NCBI GenBank assembly: GCA_964016885.1
Contig: OZ024755.1
Location: 41,044,001 to 41,108,000 of the forward strand
DNA length: 64,000 bases
From: Eledone cirrhosa
Taxonomy: Eukaryota
Reading direction: 5' to 3'
Position 1 is the first letter of the stretch; every line of letters begins with the position of its first letter. The notes under the pieces are model-generated. The model had not been told where the DNA came from. It did no database searches and saw only the letters and a list, made by a program, of their open reading frames with translations. This document shows, in pieces, positions 35,601 to 52,494 of the stretch. Made by a program: the position numbers and the translations under genes.

Positions 35601-36373
35601 TCTCTACTAGCATAAAAACCACTTTTCGAGTGGTTTTCTGCTAGCATGTGTAGTGTGAACGCAAATATATATGCATGTGGTTGTTATACGTCAAATAAAA
35701 TCGTAATTGACAATATTCACAGAAATTGAACAGAAATTGAACGAAGTCTGTGTTACACTCTCTTCTGTAATCAGTAAAGTAATCCATGACACATTTAAAA
35801 AAGACGATATTGTATATAAACTGCATATATAATAAACTAAAACATTATGAAAACGAAAAAGTAGAAAATTAGCGACCTAAATATAATAATGCAAATATAA
35901 GAACGTTTACATAAGTGATGTAATAAGTGTTATGATATAACGGATGCTAACTGGAAGTGTTGACATTTGAAAATTTTAAAGAAGTGAATCTTAAAATAAG
36001 CAATACTTTATATATAAGAATATTTATGTTTAATGAAGAGCTACGAAATTTAGTAGTTAAATTACATAATATCCATTCATTATTTATTCAGAGTAATCCA
36101 ACTTATTTTACTAACGGGATAAAAGATTATAAAACGGACACTATCCCGCACTTCTCCCTTTATTATAGATTTATTTGTTTTATCTTTTCTTTAATTTCTA
36201 ACTAGGTGGCCATCCCCACTGGCTCCCCCTCCCCTCCTACATATCTTTACCTTATTACCTCTAACCCTTGCAATAAACTATAAGCAGGACATCAGTTATC
36301 TCCCTTGTCTTCTCAAAGAGGGGTTGCCTCCTTTTTCACTCCTATATATATATATATATATATGTGTGTGCGT

Positions 36374-36436
<63 letters not shown>

Positions 36437-37249
36437 CAGACACCTAGACAGAGAAACATCTTTTCTTTTACAATATATATATTAGGCAATCATGCAGTGT
36501 TTTAGTATATTGAAGGTGTCGGGGTTAATGGTGAGGGTGTTCGGTTACCGATTGTAACACTGACTTCCGGCAGCGAAACATAAGTTATATATACAATTGA
36601 AATCTGCACTGAATCTCCCTGAGAATTATGTTAAAGGCCCGTTTGTCTGTGGAATGCTCAACCGCTTACACGTTCATTTCATAAATGGGTTGTTCTGTTG
36701 ATCTAACAACTGAAACACTCATAGTCGACAACGACGGAGGTCCCAATACACAACACAAGGGAGCTGATATCTGACTAACAATCCGTTTTAAAAGCTGCCC
36801 CGAAAACTGATTTATTTATCATCATCTCTTCAACTTTATGTAGTTTATTTGTTTTATCTTATCTTCCATTTCTAAATTGGTAATCAGTGGTGTCTTGGTG
36901 TAGTGAAATACTTGCAGTAAATGTCACAGAGAGTCTGTCGTTGTTGTTATTTAGCCCCAGGTCGGAACTGAGGTTCATGAGCTAAGGGTTACGATATATC
37001 TCTGAAAGGGCTAGGAAAACTCAATCTTTTGCTTTTGAAACATTGATAAAATGGAAAATGCTTACATGTTATACAATGCATGCATGGTCCCGTAACTCCC
37101 GTAACAGGAGCTTCGTATTGACATGTGGTGTTTCTAGGGTATTTTAAAACCTGCTGGAGCCTATCTCTCCAGGTCTGAACACAGCCAGTTTCTTCCAGAG
37201 AAAGAGAGAAAGTGAGAGAGAGGAAGTGAGAAAGAGATATAGAGGAAGA

Positions 37250-38050
37250 ATCGACCCCAGTACTTGACTGGGACTATTTTTTATCGACCTCGAATAGATG
37301 AAGGGTAAAGTTGACCTCAGCAGGATTTAAAGACAGAGAGCAGAGAGATGGAACGAGTACCGCAAAGTACTCTATCTGACGTTCTAACGACTCTACCATT
37401 CTATCTGACGTTCTAACCACTCTACCATTCAATCTGACGTTCTAACCACTCTACCATACTATCTAACGTTCTAACCACACTACCATTCTATCTGACGTTC
37501 TAACCACTCTACCATTCTATCTGACGTTCTAACCACTCTACCATACTATCTGACGTTCTAACCACTCTACCATTCTATCTGACGTTCTAACCTCTCTACC
37601 ATACTATCTGACGTTCTAACCACTCTACCATACTATCTGACGTTCTAACCACTCTACTATTCTATCTGACGTGCTAACCACTCTACCATTCTATCTGACG
37701 TTCTAACCACTCTACCATTCTATCTGACGTTCTAACCACTCTACCATTCTATCTGACGTTCTAACCACTCTACCATTCTATCTGACGTTCTAACCACTCT
37801 ACCATACTATCTGACGTTCTAACCACTCTACCATACTATCTGACGTTCTAACCACTCTACCATTCTATCTGACGTTCTAACCACTCTACCATTCTATCTG
37901 ACGTTCTAACCACTCTACCATTCTATCTGACGTTCTAACCACTCTACTATTCTATCTGACGTGCTAACCACTCTACCATTCTATCTGACGTTCTAACCAC
38001 TCTACCATTCTATCTGGCGTTCTAACCACTCTACCATTCGCTGCCTTTAT
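37250..38050 (-). mobile_element. S1-related SINE whose head is expanded into a minisatellite
   Basis: Core TTTTATCGACC..GATGAA..AAAGTTGACCTC at about 37277-37320 runs into the 29-bp array. Confidence 0.65.
37371..38038. repeat. 29-bp minisatellite, about 23 copies
   Basis: Unit TCTATCTGACGTTCTAACCACTCTACCAT. Confidence 0.97.
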
Positions 38051-38399
38051 GTTATATAATAAGACAGGTCAAAAGCAACATTAACTACAAACAAAATACT
38101 AAACGCGCTCCATTAGAATATATTGGTTTATTTCTGTGACACAATATGGCTGAAAGGTTAAGAAGTTCGCTTTGCAGTCATTCGATCCTGGGTTCGATCT
38201 CACTGTATAACGATTGAAAAACAAATAACTCTGTGATGTTCGTTTTTTTCCTTCTTTTCTTAAGCCCACTAATTTCTGAGAAGATCGTGGGGGAAGAGAC
38301 GCTAGATACAGATTCCAGGGGATCCTATTGTAAGTAGCCATCTCTGGAGCCCATAGCGTGACAAACCAAGGTTATTGATGTTACCAAAACATCTTGCCT

Positions 38400-38850
38400 G
38401 TGCTTTACCTCAAGGTCTCCTGTCGGCAGCTTTTCCCCGTAAAATCTGTCCTGTGATTCATCCCCCAGTACTACAACTATGATCTTTCGATAAGAAATAG
38501 CGAATCTACCCGATGAAACTCCCTAATCTACTAGCTACACACCCTATCGAGTAACATTACTTCCAAGACCCTTCTGTGGAACCTCATTTCGGCCGTTTAT
38601 ATTCACGATCCTATTCGGTCCATCATTACTCAAAATTCATGACCATAAGTAAGGGTAGACATGAATACAGAAATGAAGATAGGGAGTTTGACTTTTCCAC
38701 ATACCTACCTTCTTCTGATGGCCGAATGCTCAAGCTGGGGCATGCATCAGCTCCAGCAAAGTTTGCACTAAATTCCACCTCCTGCCTTCCATAATTCGTG
38801 AAAAGGGTTCCCAAATATTTGAACTTCTCCACCTGTTTCAATGTAATATT
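38400..38850 (-). mobile_element. Degraded RTE-type LINE RT fragment
   Basis: LKQVEKFKYLGTLFT..G motif; downstream frames disrupted. Confidence 0.6.
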
Positions 38851-39236
38851 CATTCATCCTGAACCTTTCATTTCCGTCAGAAAATCGTTTAAACCATCTG
38901 CAAAAACTCCTTGTTTGGTTTTCTTCAATTTAATTGCGTAACGTTGCTCTATGTTTCCATGCATCTTGCCACGGGTTGACAGCTCGGTGAATCGTGTCAC
39001 CCCGATTCCACCACGTACACCGCTCGGCTGGTAAATAGGAAGTTGCTAGTTAGTCACTTTATACATTATATGTAAGTCTACTTCACCACCAAGTAGCATT
39101 CTAATTGAATGATATTTAATGCCACTCCTGAAATTTTCTCGTATATATATATATAAGAAAATGAGGGTTATTTTAATGAAAAAAGACATATATATCTGTG
39201 TATGTGTATATATGTGTGTGTGTGTGTGTATCTGTG

Positions 39237-39277
<41 letters not shown>

Positions 39278-39662
39278 GTATATATATATATATATATATG
39301 TGTGTGCGTGTGTGTGTGTCTGTATGTATATATATATATATATATACAGTATATATATATATATACGATGGCAGAGTAAGTCCTTTGCGGTGGGTCTTTG
39401 ATCCGGCCCTTTACGTTCTAATATCAAATCCTTACTGAACCCTACCTTGTCTTTCGTCCTCAAGGCGTCGATAAAATAAAGTACTAATGAAGGACCGCGG
39501 TTAAATTGACTGTCAACCTCTGACAATATTCTGTAAGCTAGTATCCTAAAGAAAAGCTGAAATCTCCATCTAAAAGTTGGGGTGGGGTAACAATTAAAGG
39601 TGAAATAACACACCCGCTACATCAGTGTCATGTATCTGTGTGTATCTATTACATGTAACATA

Positions 39663-40430
39663 GATACACACACACACAGACACACACTCAGGCACACACA
39701 CTCAGACATACACACACTCAGGCACACACACACACTCAGGCACACACACTCAGACATACACACTCAGGCACACACACACATACATACATACACACACTCA
39801 GGTACACACACTCAGACATATACACACTCAGGCACACACACACACTCAGGCACACACACTCAGACATACACACTCAGGCACACACACACACATACATACA
39901 TACACACACTCAGGTACACACACTCAGACATATACACACTCAGGCACACACACACTCAGGCACACACACTCAGACATACACATACTCAGGCACACAGACA
40001 TACACACACTCAGGTACACACACACAGACATACACACACTCTGGCACACACACACACCCAGGCACACACACATACATACACACACTCAGGCACACACACA
40101 GACATTCACACACTCAGGCACACACACTCAGACATACACACTCAAACACAGAGACACACACGCACACGCTACATCAGTATTATCTATCTGTAACTCCCTC
40201 CAGAGCATAGATACAGACACACACACACAAACACAAACACATACAGACGCACACACACACACAGACTCACACACACACAGACTCACACACATATGCAGAC
40301 ATACACAGATACACACACACACACATATACACTTGCAGATTCACATACATACACACACAATGACCTATATTGTGATACATACACACTTGCATTCTCACAT
40401 AGACACACACGCACACACACACAGACACAA
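39663..40430. repeat. (CA)-derived compound minisatellite (CACACACTCAGG / CTCAGACATA)
   Basis: Direct reading. Confidence 0.92.
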
Positions 40431-40723
40431 CATTCTCACTCTCTCTATCTCCCTTATCTCTCTCTCTCTCTTTCTCTGACTAGTTCACAAATATCTGGTC
40501 TCACTCCTCCCTCTCTCACTCTCTCTCACTCTCTCTCGCCCTCTCATTCTCTCCTCTCTCTCGCCCTCTCATTCTCTCCTCTCTCACTCTCTCTCCCTTC
40601 CCTCTTTTCTCTGCCTCTAACAGTAATTCTGAACCATCTGAAGACTACCATGTATAGCTGTTATTTGAGGTTCAGTAACATCTGTTAATAACGATATGAC
40701 ATTGATTTATGTATCTATTCTAG

Positions 40724-40808
40724 TTCCACAGATGTGATTTCAAAAGATGTTTTAACACCAGATCAACAACGAAACAAAGCTGATGATAATTGTATTGTCA
40801 AACAAAAG
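40724..40808 (+). CDS. shroom: Shroom-like exon (SSTDVISKDVLTPDQQRNKADDNCIVKQK)
   Basis: TTCTAG acceptor and AAG/GTTTGT donor; 85 nt converts phase 2 to phase 0 as the flanking exons require. Confidence 0.7.
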
Positions 40809-41504
40809 GTTTGTAGACGATAATCATTTTGAAGTTTCTTGATTTATTGATTTGTTTATCCCCTTACCTTAACCTCCTTCTTTTCCCAAACAATGAAACA
40901 TAGATGTCACTTCCTCGTCTCCCTCACCTTTATCTTTCTATTTCATATTTTATTTCTCTTTCTATCTTCTGAGAAAGGACTAGCGCTCGAAACGTTCAGA
41001 ATCTTTTGCAACTATATCAAGTGTTAGACATCCTGGCGAAACAATTGAAACAACGCTCTTATCTAAGCTCATAGAATCAGATAATGATTTCTAAGGCTTG
41101 TAGATCTGATCTGATAATTCAAACCATAAAAATATCGATGTTTTATTAGACACAAGAATGCATAAGACAATTCTGCTAATTTGGAAAAGTTGTTCAAAAT
41201 TAATTGAAATACAAAATATCCAGGAGTAAAAAAAAAAAAAACTATACAATAGACATGACAATAAAAAAAAAAAAACGAAAGAGGAAAATAATAATAAGAA
41301 AAGGTAAGAAAAGATGGGAATTAAGCAACGAAATAAAGTGGAAGAGGCATAACCCCAGTCTTGGTGGTGTTTCAGCTGCACTCCGCAGATCAAATGGCAG
41401 AGAATGGTCACTGACACCTGCTACAACAGCCACTCTACCTCATGGAGCGCCTTCTTTAGTAGGATTGCCCTCTTTCCGACTTTACGGAGGAAATCAGCAG
41501 TTCA

Positions 41505-42590
41505 GAGACCAAGGACACTTGATCTCAACGGTGACTGGTACGAATAGGAAGCGGTCGGTCAAATCCTAGTTATTTTACCCTTCTCTGCGGCAGTGTGGGG
41601 ACTAAGGACAGCTCAGGTTTCTACGGTAGGAACAGGAAGCGGTGGGTCACACCCTAGTTATCTTCCCCTTCTCTGCGGCAGTGTGGGGACTAAGGACAGC
41701 TCAGGTTTCTACGGTAGGAACAGGAAGCGGTGGGTCACACCCTAGTTATCTTCCCCTTCTCTGCGGCAGTGTGGGGACTAAGGACAGCTAAGGTTTCTAC
41801 GGTAGGAACAAGAAGTGGTCTGTCAGGCCCTAGTTATCTTCCCCTCCTCTGTGGCAGTGAGGACCAAGGACAGCTCAGTTTTCTACGGTAGGAAAAGGAA
41901 GTGGTCTGTCAGGCCCTAGTTATCTTCCCCTCCTCTGTGGCAGTGAGGACCAAGGACACCTCAGGTTTCTACGGTAGGAAAAGGAAGTGGTCTGTCAGGC
42001 CCTAGATATCTTCCCCTCCTCTGTGGCAGTGAGGACCAAGGACACCTCAGGTTTCTACGGTAGGAAAAGGAAGTGGTCTGTCAGGCCCTAGTTATCTTCC
42101 CCTCCTCTGTGGCAGTGAGGACCAAGGACAGCTCAGGTTTCTACGGTAGGAACAGGAAGTGGTCTGTCAGGCCCTAGATATCTTCCCCTCCTCTGTGGCA
42201 GTGAGGACCAAGGACACCTCAGGTTTCTACGGTAGGAAAAGGAAGTGGTCTGTCAGGCCCTAGTTATCTTCCCCTCCTCTGTGGCAGTGAGGACCAAGGA
42301 CAGCTCAGGTTTCTACGGTAGGAACAGGAAGTGGTCTGTCAGGCCCTAGATATCTTCCCCTCCTCTGTGGCAGTGAGGACCAAGGACACCTCAGGTTTCT
42401 ACGGTAGGAAAAGGAAGTGGTCTGTCAGGCCCTAGATATCTTCCCCTCCTCTGTGGCAGTATGGGGACTAAGGACAGCTCAGGTTTCTACGGTAGGAAAA
42501 GGAAGTGGTCTGTCAGGCCCTAGATATCTTCCCCTCCTCTGTGGCAGTGAGGACCAAGGACACCTCAGGTTTCTACGGTAGGAAAAGGAA
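41505..42590. repeat. 86/88-bp minisatellite, about 12 copies
   Basis: GGTAGGAA..GGAAG recurs at 41625, 41713, 41801, 41887 and onward. Confidence 0.97.
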
Positions 42591-43891
42591 ATCGTCATCA
42601 ATGTGTTGATCTAACATTTAGGTTATGATTTCAGAGATATCGTTGTTAATTTCAGAATTGTTCCAGCAATGAACATCTCATGATTTTCCCAGGTCTAAAT
42701 TACCGCAAATATTATTCTTTCTTTTTCTTTCTTTATTTATTTTTTCAACTGACAGGGTGTAATTTCAAGGGGTGGGGAGGGGCTGCTATTTCTAATAGGT
42801 CGAGCTACGCTTTTCAGATGACATTGACCAAATTGTGCTGGTGCTTGTAATAGTGGCAGTGTTAATACCAACGGTAGACAGGCCACTTTCAATAAGCCAT
42901 TATTCTAAATATAGCTCTTAAACAAATCTCAGTTTGTCCATCTTCTATAAACAATTTGGTAACTAGAAATATTTCCGAGGTCATTAGACACAGCTATGTA
43001 CTATGTAGTAGTAGTAGTAGTAGTAGTATTTTTTATTTATTTTTCTTGTTCATCCTGTTGTTTTTTACACTTATTTTCGTTTTCAACTATTTTCCCTGGA
43101 ATGAAAGTAAGAAAAAAAATATTAATTTCTTTTTACATTCATCAGATTAGACGCAGCATGGCCGAATGATTGAGAAGTTGAATTCGCAATCATTAGTCCC
43201 GGGTTCAGTCCCACTGGGTGGCATGTCGTTATTTACTAAAGATTCGGGTTACCCCTGCCTCCTGAATGAAATTAAGTAGTTGGAAAAAGTTTGGGAGCCC
43301 GGCGGATATATTCTACCTGTAATTCAAAGGTTCGAGCCTTGTCACACACATTGTTGTCCTGAATCTCCCCGAGAATTACGTTAAGGGTACACATGTATCT
43401 GTGGAATGCTCGGCTACTTACACGTTAATTTCATGAGCAAGCTGTTCCACTGATCGAACAACTGGAACAATCATCGTTGCAAGAGACGGAGGTCCATGGA
43501 ACACCTTTCACCAGATGTTGTGGAAATGAATTGTCGGGATGTTCCTACTTTATCATGAGAAGCTGTGTTGTAAGAGATAGGAAATAGTTACAACCGGAAG
43601 TTGGAAGCACGACATCGTCTGCTGACATCGCTACACTTTACACCTACTCCTTTAAACAAAAGCATATCCTCAGTAAAAACATTTTTCTCTGCAGATTCTT
43701 TAAACATCTCCCTATACCGACCTCTAGTGTTCACATGTGTATACATATGTTCGCTAGACGGGCATCCGAGAGAATCTAGCATCAGATTTTTCTCACGAAT
43801 TTATCAGAAATATTTTCTGTAGATAATGACTTTGTTTATAGATGCTCTACAGTAATGTTTATAAAAGTTTAAATATGATTATACATCGTTA

Positions 43892-44076
43892 GTGGATTGG
43901 CAGTATCGGTAGAGGGTCGGATGCCATGCTTTCCAGCATAGTTATGCCCTTTTATGGTCTGAGTTCAAATCCCGCCCAGGTTAACTTTGTCTTTCATCCT
44001 TACGGGGTCGATAAAATAAAGTACCAGTAATGCACTGGGATAATTGCTGGCCTTGTGTCAAAAGTAGAAACAGTTA
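43892..44076 (+). mobile_element. SINE family S1
   Basis: A and B boxes and core as at 35415-35600. Confidence 0.8.
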
Positions 44077-44454
44077 TATGTCGATATTTAGAAACAGTAA
44101 TACAGGAATGGTTGTTTAATGACAACAGATTCAATCAAAGAGTAGACAGGAAAGCTTTAAAAAAAATAAACCAGTCACCCGAAATTAGGGAAAGAAAAAC
44201 TCTTTCTTTTCTATTTCTTCTATCTCTCATTTTATTTTCTGATGAAGGACTAACGTCTGAAACGTTAAGGCTCTTTTCCTGCTATATCAGGTGTTAAACT
44301 AATATATATCGTTATTATACTGCATTATTCCCTCGTGTTGCTTTTCCTTTTTGAATTTTTTCACACACACACACATAATATAAATTCAAAATAGGGAGCA
44401 CACAGAACAAAGACAATGGAAAAAAAAAACAAGGGAAAAACGGACAGTCCCATC

Positions 44455-45360
44455 TCGTTAGTCAATCTCTGGACATCACTAGGATGAAGGAAAAGATACG
44501 GAGGGAATACATAAGGAGAATGAGACAGGTAACAAAAAGTGAGCTAAACCCCTGCAACAATTTAAAAGCCGTTAACAGCCTAGCAGTACCACTCGTAACA
44601 CAACTTTAACATCATAAACTGTAACCTGTAGAAACTACAAAGGTTGGACACTAAGACCAGAAAATTACTGACAACTGAAAACATGCACCACGTTAAAGTC
44701 AATGTACATAGGCTGTATATTTCAAGGAGAGAAGCTGGAAAGGGCCTCCTACAACTAGAAGATGCATACAAAACAGCGACCATTGGATTGGATAGCTACC
44801 TCCACCCCACCCGAGATGAACTTATTAAGCCTGCACTCAAGCATGAACGAATTAAGAAACTACATTCAATACAAAAGAGGCAAGCAAATTTAGGCAAAAA
44901 CTGAACATGGAACAAGACATACCCATAGCAAATCAACAACAGAGTGCTGCACAACTAGCTATGACTATGAAGATCAAAGCAAAGATCCCCCCAAACAGAG
45001 GAACTAAACCGTGAATGGAAGGTAAAACCACTACATGGTATATTCCCAGAACGACTCTCTGACACTGATATCGATCAACATGACTCACTATCCTGGCTCA
45101 GAAGTGTTGGTTTGAAAGCAGAGACTGAGGGACTCTTAGTTGCTGCACAAGACCAATCTCTAAACACTCCGGCCTATAGACAGAGAATAGTGAAAGATGG
45201 ACTAGCCCTCTGCAGAATATGATACAAACATGAAGAAACGGTAGATCATGTTATCTCCGGGTGTTCAGAGCTGGTAAAAACTTACTATATAGAAATACAC
45301 AACCGCATTGCCAAATATGTGCACTGGATGCTCTGCCGCTTTCATGATATCCAAATTTCT
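44455..45360 (+). mobile_element. Degraded R4/Dong-like (RLE-type) non-LTR fragment
   Basis: LDTKTRKLLT..MHH....HRLYISRREAGKGL, KPLHG, LKAETEGLLVAAQDQ, CR...EETVDHVISGC, HNRIAKYVHW. Confidence 0.8.
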
Positions 45361-45392
45361 GTTTAATCACCATTTTTAACATCTATATATAC

Positions 45393-45426
<34 letters not shown>

Positions 45427-45620
45427 CTGTCTGTGTGTGTGTGTGAGAGAGTGTGTGTGTGTGTGTGTGTGTGTGTCTGTCTGTATGTGTGTGTGAGTGT
45501 GTGTCTGTGTGTGAGCGTGTGTGTGTATGTATGTATTTATGTATGTATTTATGTATGTATATACCCGTGATTTTCTGTACCTGTAATATCTGAACCTCTA
45601 CTATTATCTTATAACAACAG

Positions 45621-45722
45621 GAAGAATTAAAAGAATCCATTAGGAAGAAGATAGAAGCTCTACAAGTAATAAAACAGACCATAGAACGGGAGACAAAAGA
45701 TATCAATAACTTAGGAGAAAAG
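45621..45722 (+). CDS. shroom: Shroom-like exon, start of ASD2 (EELKESIRKKIEALQVIKQTIERETKDINNLGEK)
   Basis: CAG acceptor and AAG/GTAGGT donor; 102 nt, phase 0/0; resembles ASD2 ELIESISRKLQVL...N..LG.E. Confidence 0.85.
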
Positions 45723-45758
45723 GTAGGTTTACAAAAATCCTTTTATATATATATATAT

Positions 45759-46065
45759 ATATCACAGAAAAAAAGACAATCAGTGTTGCGACGAATGGAA
45801 TTTCTTGGACATATTACAATCGTTTCTCTGGCGACCAGCTCGAGGCACGATCGATGTGATGATCGAACCTGACTCTGAAAATCGCAAGGTCCTCAGATAC
45901 ATCTTGATTCTACGAAGCAGATTTTCCTAATTGTAATATGTCCAATAAATTCCATTCGCCGCAACACTAATTCTCTCGTTTTTCTGTGATATCATACACT
46001 GCTCTATGAGAGCATCGAGTGCTCAAACGGCCTACCGCATACGGACGCTTTAAGCACCCAACACC

Positions 46066-46068
<3 letters not shown>
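45759..46068. mobile_element. TA-flanked inverted-repeat element with HHR-like motif (family H5)
   Basis: Arms 45759-45820 and 45930-45992; minus strand GTAT-CTGAGGA...GAAA-CGATTG-TA-ATAT at 45810-45901. Confidence 0.62.
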
Positions 46069-46103
<35 letters not shown>

Positions 46104-46202
46104 AATGAGTTATATGGTTTGTTGATTATTCAATAAAGTTTATTTTACAACAGATTAGAAGCACTCAACAAATTTATCTGGAGTATTATTGATATTAATA
46201 AT

Positions 46203-46388
46203 TGTTTCTACTTTAGGCACAAGGCCAGCAATTACCCAGTGCATTACTGGTACTTTATTTTATCGACCCCGTAAGGATGAAAGGCAAAGTTAACCTCGGC
46301 GGGATGTGAACACAGAATGGCAAGGGCCGCAACTCTATGCGTTAAAGCATGGCGTCCGACCTTCTACCGACACTGCCAATCCACCGCC
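46203..46388 (-). mobile_element. SINE family S1 with 16-bp target-site duplication
   Basis: TATTGATATTAATAAT at 46187-46202 and 46389-46404. Confidence 0.88.
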
Positions 46389-46697
46389 TATTGATATTAA
46401 TAATATTAATAAATGGAAAATATCTTTATAATACCATATTTATTTTAATATACGTATTTCAAGGGTACTAATATTTAAGTACGCTTTCGTCAGATAAAAT
46501 GTAATAATTGGTGTGGTGTAAAGATAGTGACATATCTTCATGTGAATTTAATGGTAATAGTCCATTATACCATTAACAACAAGGTTGTTCTTCCTATTCT
46601 GTATAACCATTACCAGTCCGAGCTGAAGATCCACATAAGGTGAAACAATTGTTCTCGGTATGGTGAACTAACTGTTACTACTTTCATATATATATAT

Positions 46698-46888
46698 AAT
46701 GAAGGAAGTGTAGTAAGGAACCAGGTGGACCAGTACTCAATACTTAGGGTAGTAGAGTGGGTAATAGGAACGAGTAGGACCCCGACGGCTGAGCTCAAGC
46801 CGTTTCAACGGCTAATTCTGGACTAAAAAAAAAAAGTCCAGAATTAGCCGTTGAAACGGCTTGAGCTCAGCCGTCGGGGTCCTACTCG

Positions 46889-46890
<2 letters not shown>
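46698..46890. mobile_element. Fold-back element (family H6), palindrome 46769-46890 with poly-A loop
   Basis: Perfect arms containing an HHR 3' half, GAAACGGC(TTGAGCTCA)GCCGTC; TA on both sides. Confidence 0.8.
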
Positions 46891-46927
<37 letters not shown>

Positions 46928-46992
46928 AACCCATCCTAGCGTGGAAAGTGGACGTTAAACGAAGATGATGATGATGATGATGATGTATACAT

Positions 46993-47480
46993 GTCGGGTC
47001 GTTGGCGACTAAACTGGCAACCCCACCAAGGTTTCTTGGTGAGGAGGGTGACTTTGGACATCCTGCAGGATTAAAAACAAAACCTATCAAAGGGCAAAGG
47101 AGCTCTTAAGAGTCAATGGCCATCCAAAATCACCGGGAGAGATGACCCCTTAGCCTTTGTTAAGGCAGAATTCTAGGAGAAGGAAAACTCTGATATAACA
47201 CCTCCAACCCTGATGGTATCCAATGATGTTGACTTGTTCTTCTTTTTGGTAAATATCCTCTTGGTTAAGAGAGTGGGACTGGCTTTGTGCAGTGCCTTTG
47301 CTCACTATAAAAGCTTCACGGCACAGGCATTGCTTTATATCTGGACATCTCTCTGCACTTGTCATCACATGGTACCATGGGCCCAGCACTATGTGTCAAT
47401 GATTGTCACAAGTGTAGTGTTTGTACCAGAGTTTTCAAGTCGCTGGCTGGACTAAAAAGTCACACTCGTTCAGCGCATCG
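46993..47480 (+). mobile_element. RTE-derived family R copy lacking its 3' end
   Basis: Matches family R up to CAGCGCATCG, then switches to family H7. Confidence 0.8.
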
Positions 47481-47737
47481 CCTGAAACTAGTACATCGTT
47501 CCTGTGTCAGTGTTGAACAAAAAGGTGACGTGGTTGCCTAAACACTGTACGGCGTAATTCGGGCTGTTTGTTTGTTTATATATATATGTGTGCATGTATG
47601 TATATATATATACATACTACTGTACATACTACTGTACATCTGTATACATATATGTATGTACGTATACATACATACTTACATTTAAGTAAATGCCGTACTA
47701 AGAGTGAGAAATGAAATTTCGTTTCATTCTATTCTAT
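47481..47737 (+). mobile_element. Family H7 copy truncated within its hammerhead
   Basis: TGAAACTAGTACATCGTTCCTGTGTCAGTGTTGAACAAAA... matches 57147 onward; right end approximate. Confidence 0.7.
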
Positions 47738-51302
<3,565 letters not shown>

Positions 51303-52436
51303 TATGAAAACGGAGAAAGACGATTATAAAGAAGAAAAATATTTTTTTTTTCTTTTTTTCGTCTCTCTCTTTTTTCTGGGTTAGAAAATGATTAAAACGA
51401 AATGTTTCACTTTGTGTGAAGTGTTAAGGTATTAGTTGATTTATTTATTATTTAACAATGGCTTTTATTTATCTATTTATATATTTAATTATTGTCTATT
51501 ACCGGTTTCAGCATTTATATGCATTATCAAGTGATAGTGAAATGTATTAGTGTGGTGTCGCCCATGTTAAACAGAAGGTGCAGAAAGAATAATGTTATAT
51601 ACAAACAACGTTTAAGAAGTGAAAAGAAAAAGGGAAAAAAAAACGTGCATAATGTGGAACGTAAAAAGTCAATGTGGAAGAAAAAATAATGTTATTTACA
51701 AGCACAGTCATTGAAGTTAAGCAGTTCAAAATGTGTTAATATCGCAAGAGTGCTTAGTTGAACCATGGTTCCGTGAAGGAGGCAAATGGTGGACTGTGGT
51801 TTGATATGATTTCCCTTTTTAGAGAGTTAATATGCAGGGGGAAGCAATTCTTGCCGGGTGATATTTAATTTATTTAAGAAAAAGGATTAGGTAGGGTGTG
51901 AGGGAGGTAACTCTTGTAAATGTTTGATGGTTTATTGCAGTTTTAGATTGGTCCGAAATTTAGGGCATTGAGTAGTGGTTGAAATGTATTAATGAAATGT
52001 GTTTCCTTATTGGTGCGTTGGATGAAAGTAGCGTTGTCTATGAATTTGTAAATGGGGAAAATTTTAAAGTTTGGATGTTGGTTGAGAGCACAATTGGCGA
52101 TTTTTTTCCTTTTCACTTATTAAACCTTGTTTGTATATAACATTATTCTTTCTGCACCTTCTGTTTAACATGTGCGACACCACACTAATACATTTCACTA
52201 TCATTTGATAATGCATATAAATGCTGAAACCGGTAATAGACAATAATTAAATATATAAATAGATAAATAAATGCCATTGTTAAATAATAAATAAATCAAC
52301 TAATATCTTAAACACTTCACACAAAGTAAAACGTTTCGTTTTAATCATTTTCTAACTCAGAAAAAAGAGAGAGAAACAAAAAAGGAAAAAAAAAAAATTA
52401 TCTTCCTTATAATCGTCTCTTTCTCCCTGTTTTCAT
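51303..52436 (-). mobile_element. Truncated Neptune-like PLE remnant with inverted pLTR
   Basis: Arms about 51303-51640 and 52100-52436. Minus-strand GIY-YIG C-terminus IANCALNQHPNFKIFPIY..RTNKETHFINTFQPLLN. HHR-like TTGATAA..GAAACCGGTA near 52198-52239. Confidence 0.8.
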
Positions 52437-52494
52437 ATATATATATATATATATATATATCCTAACTCGTGTGCCTCCTCTCAACATTTTATTA

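Noticed and set aside
37371-42590. CRISPR-like arrays (29-bp and 86/88-bp repeats)
   Set aside because: Head-to-tail units with no unique spacers, no cas genes, eukaryotic context
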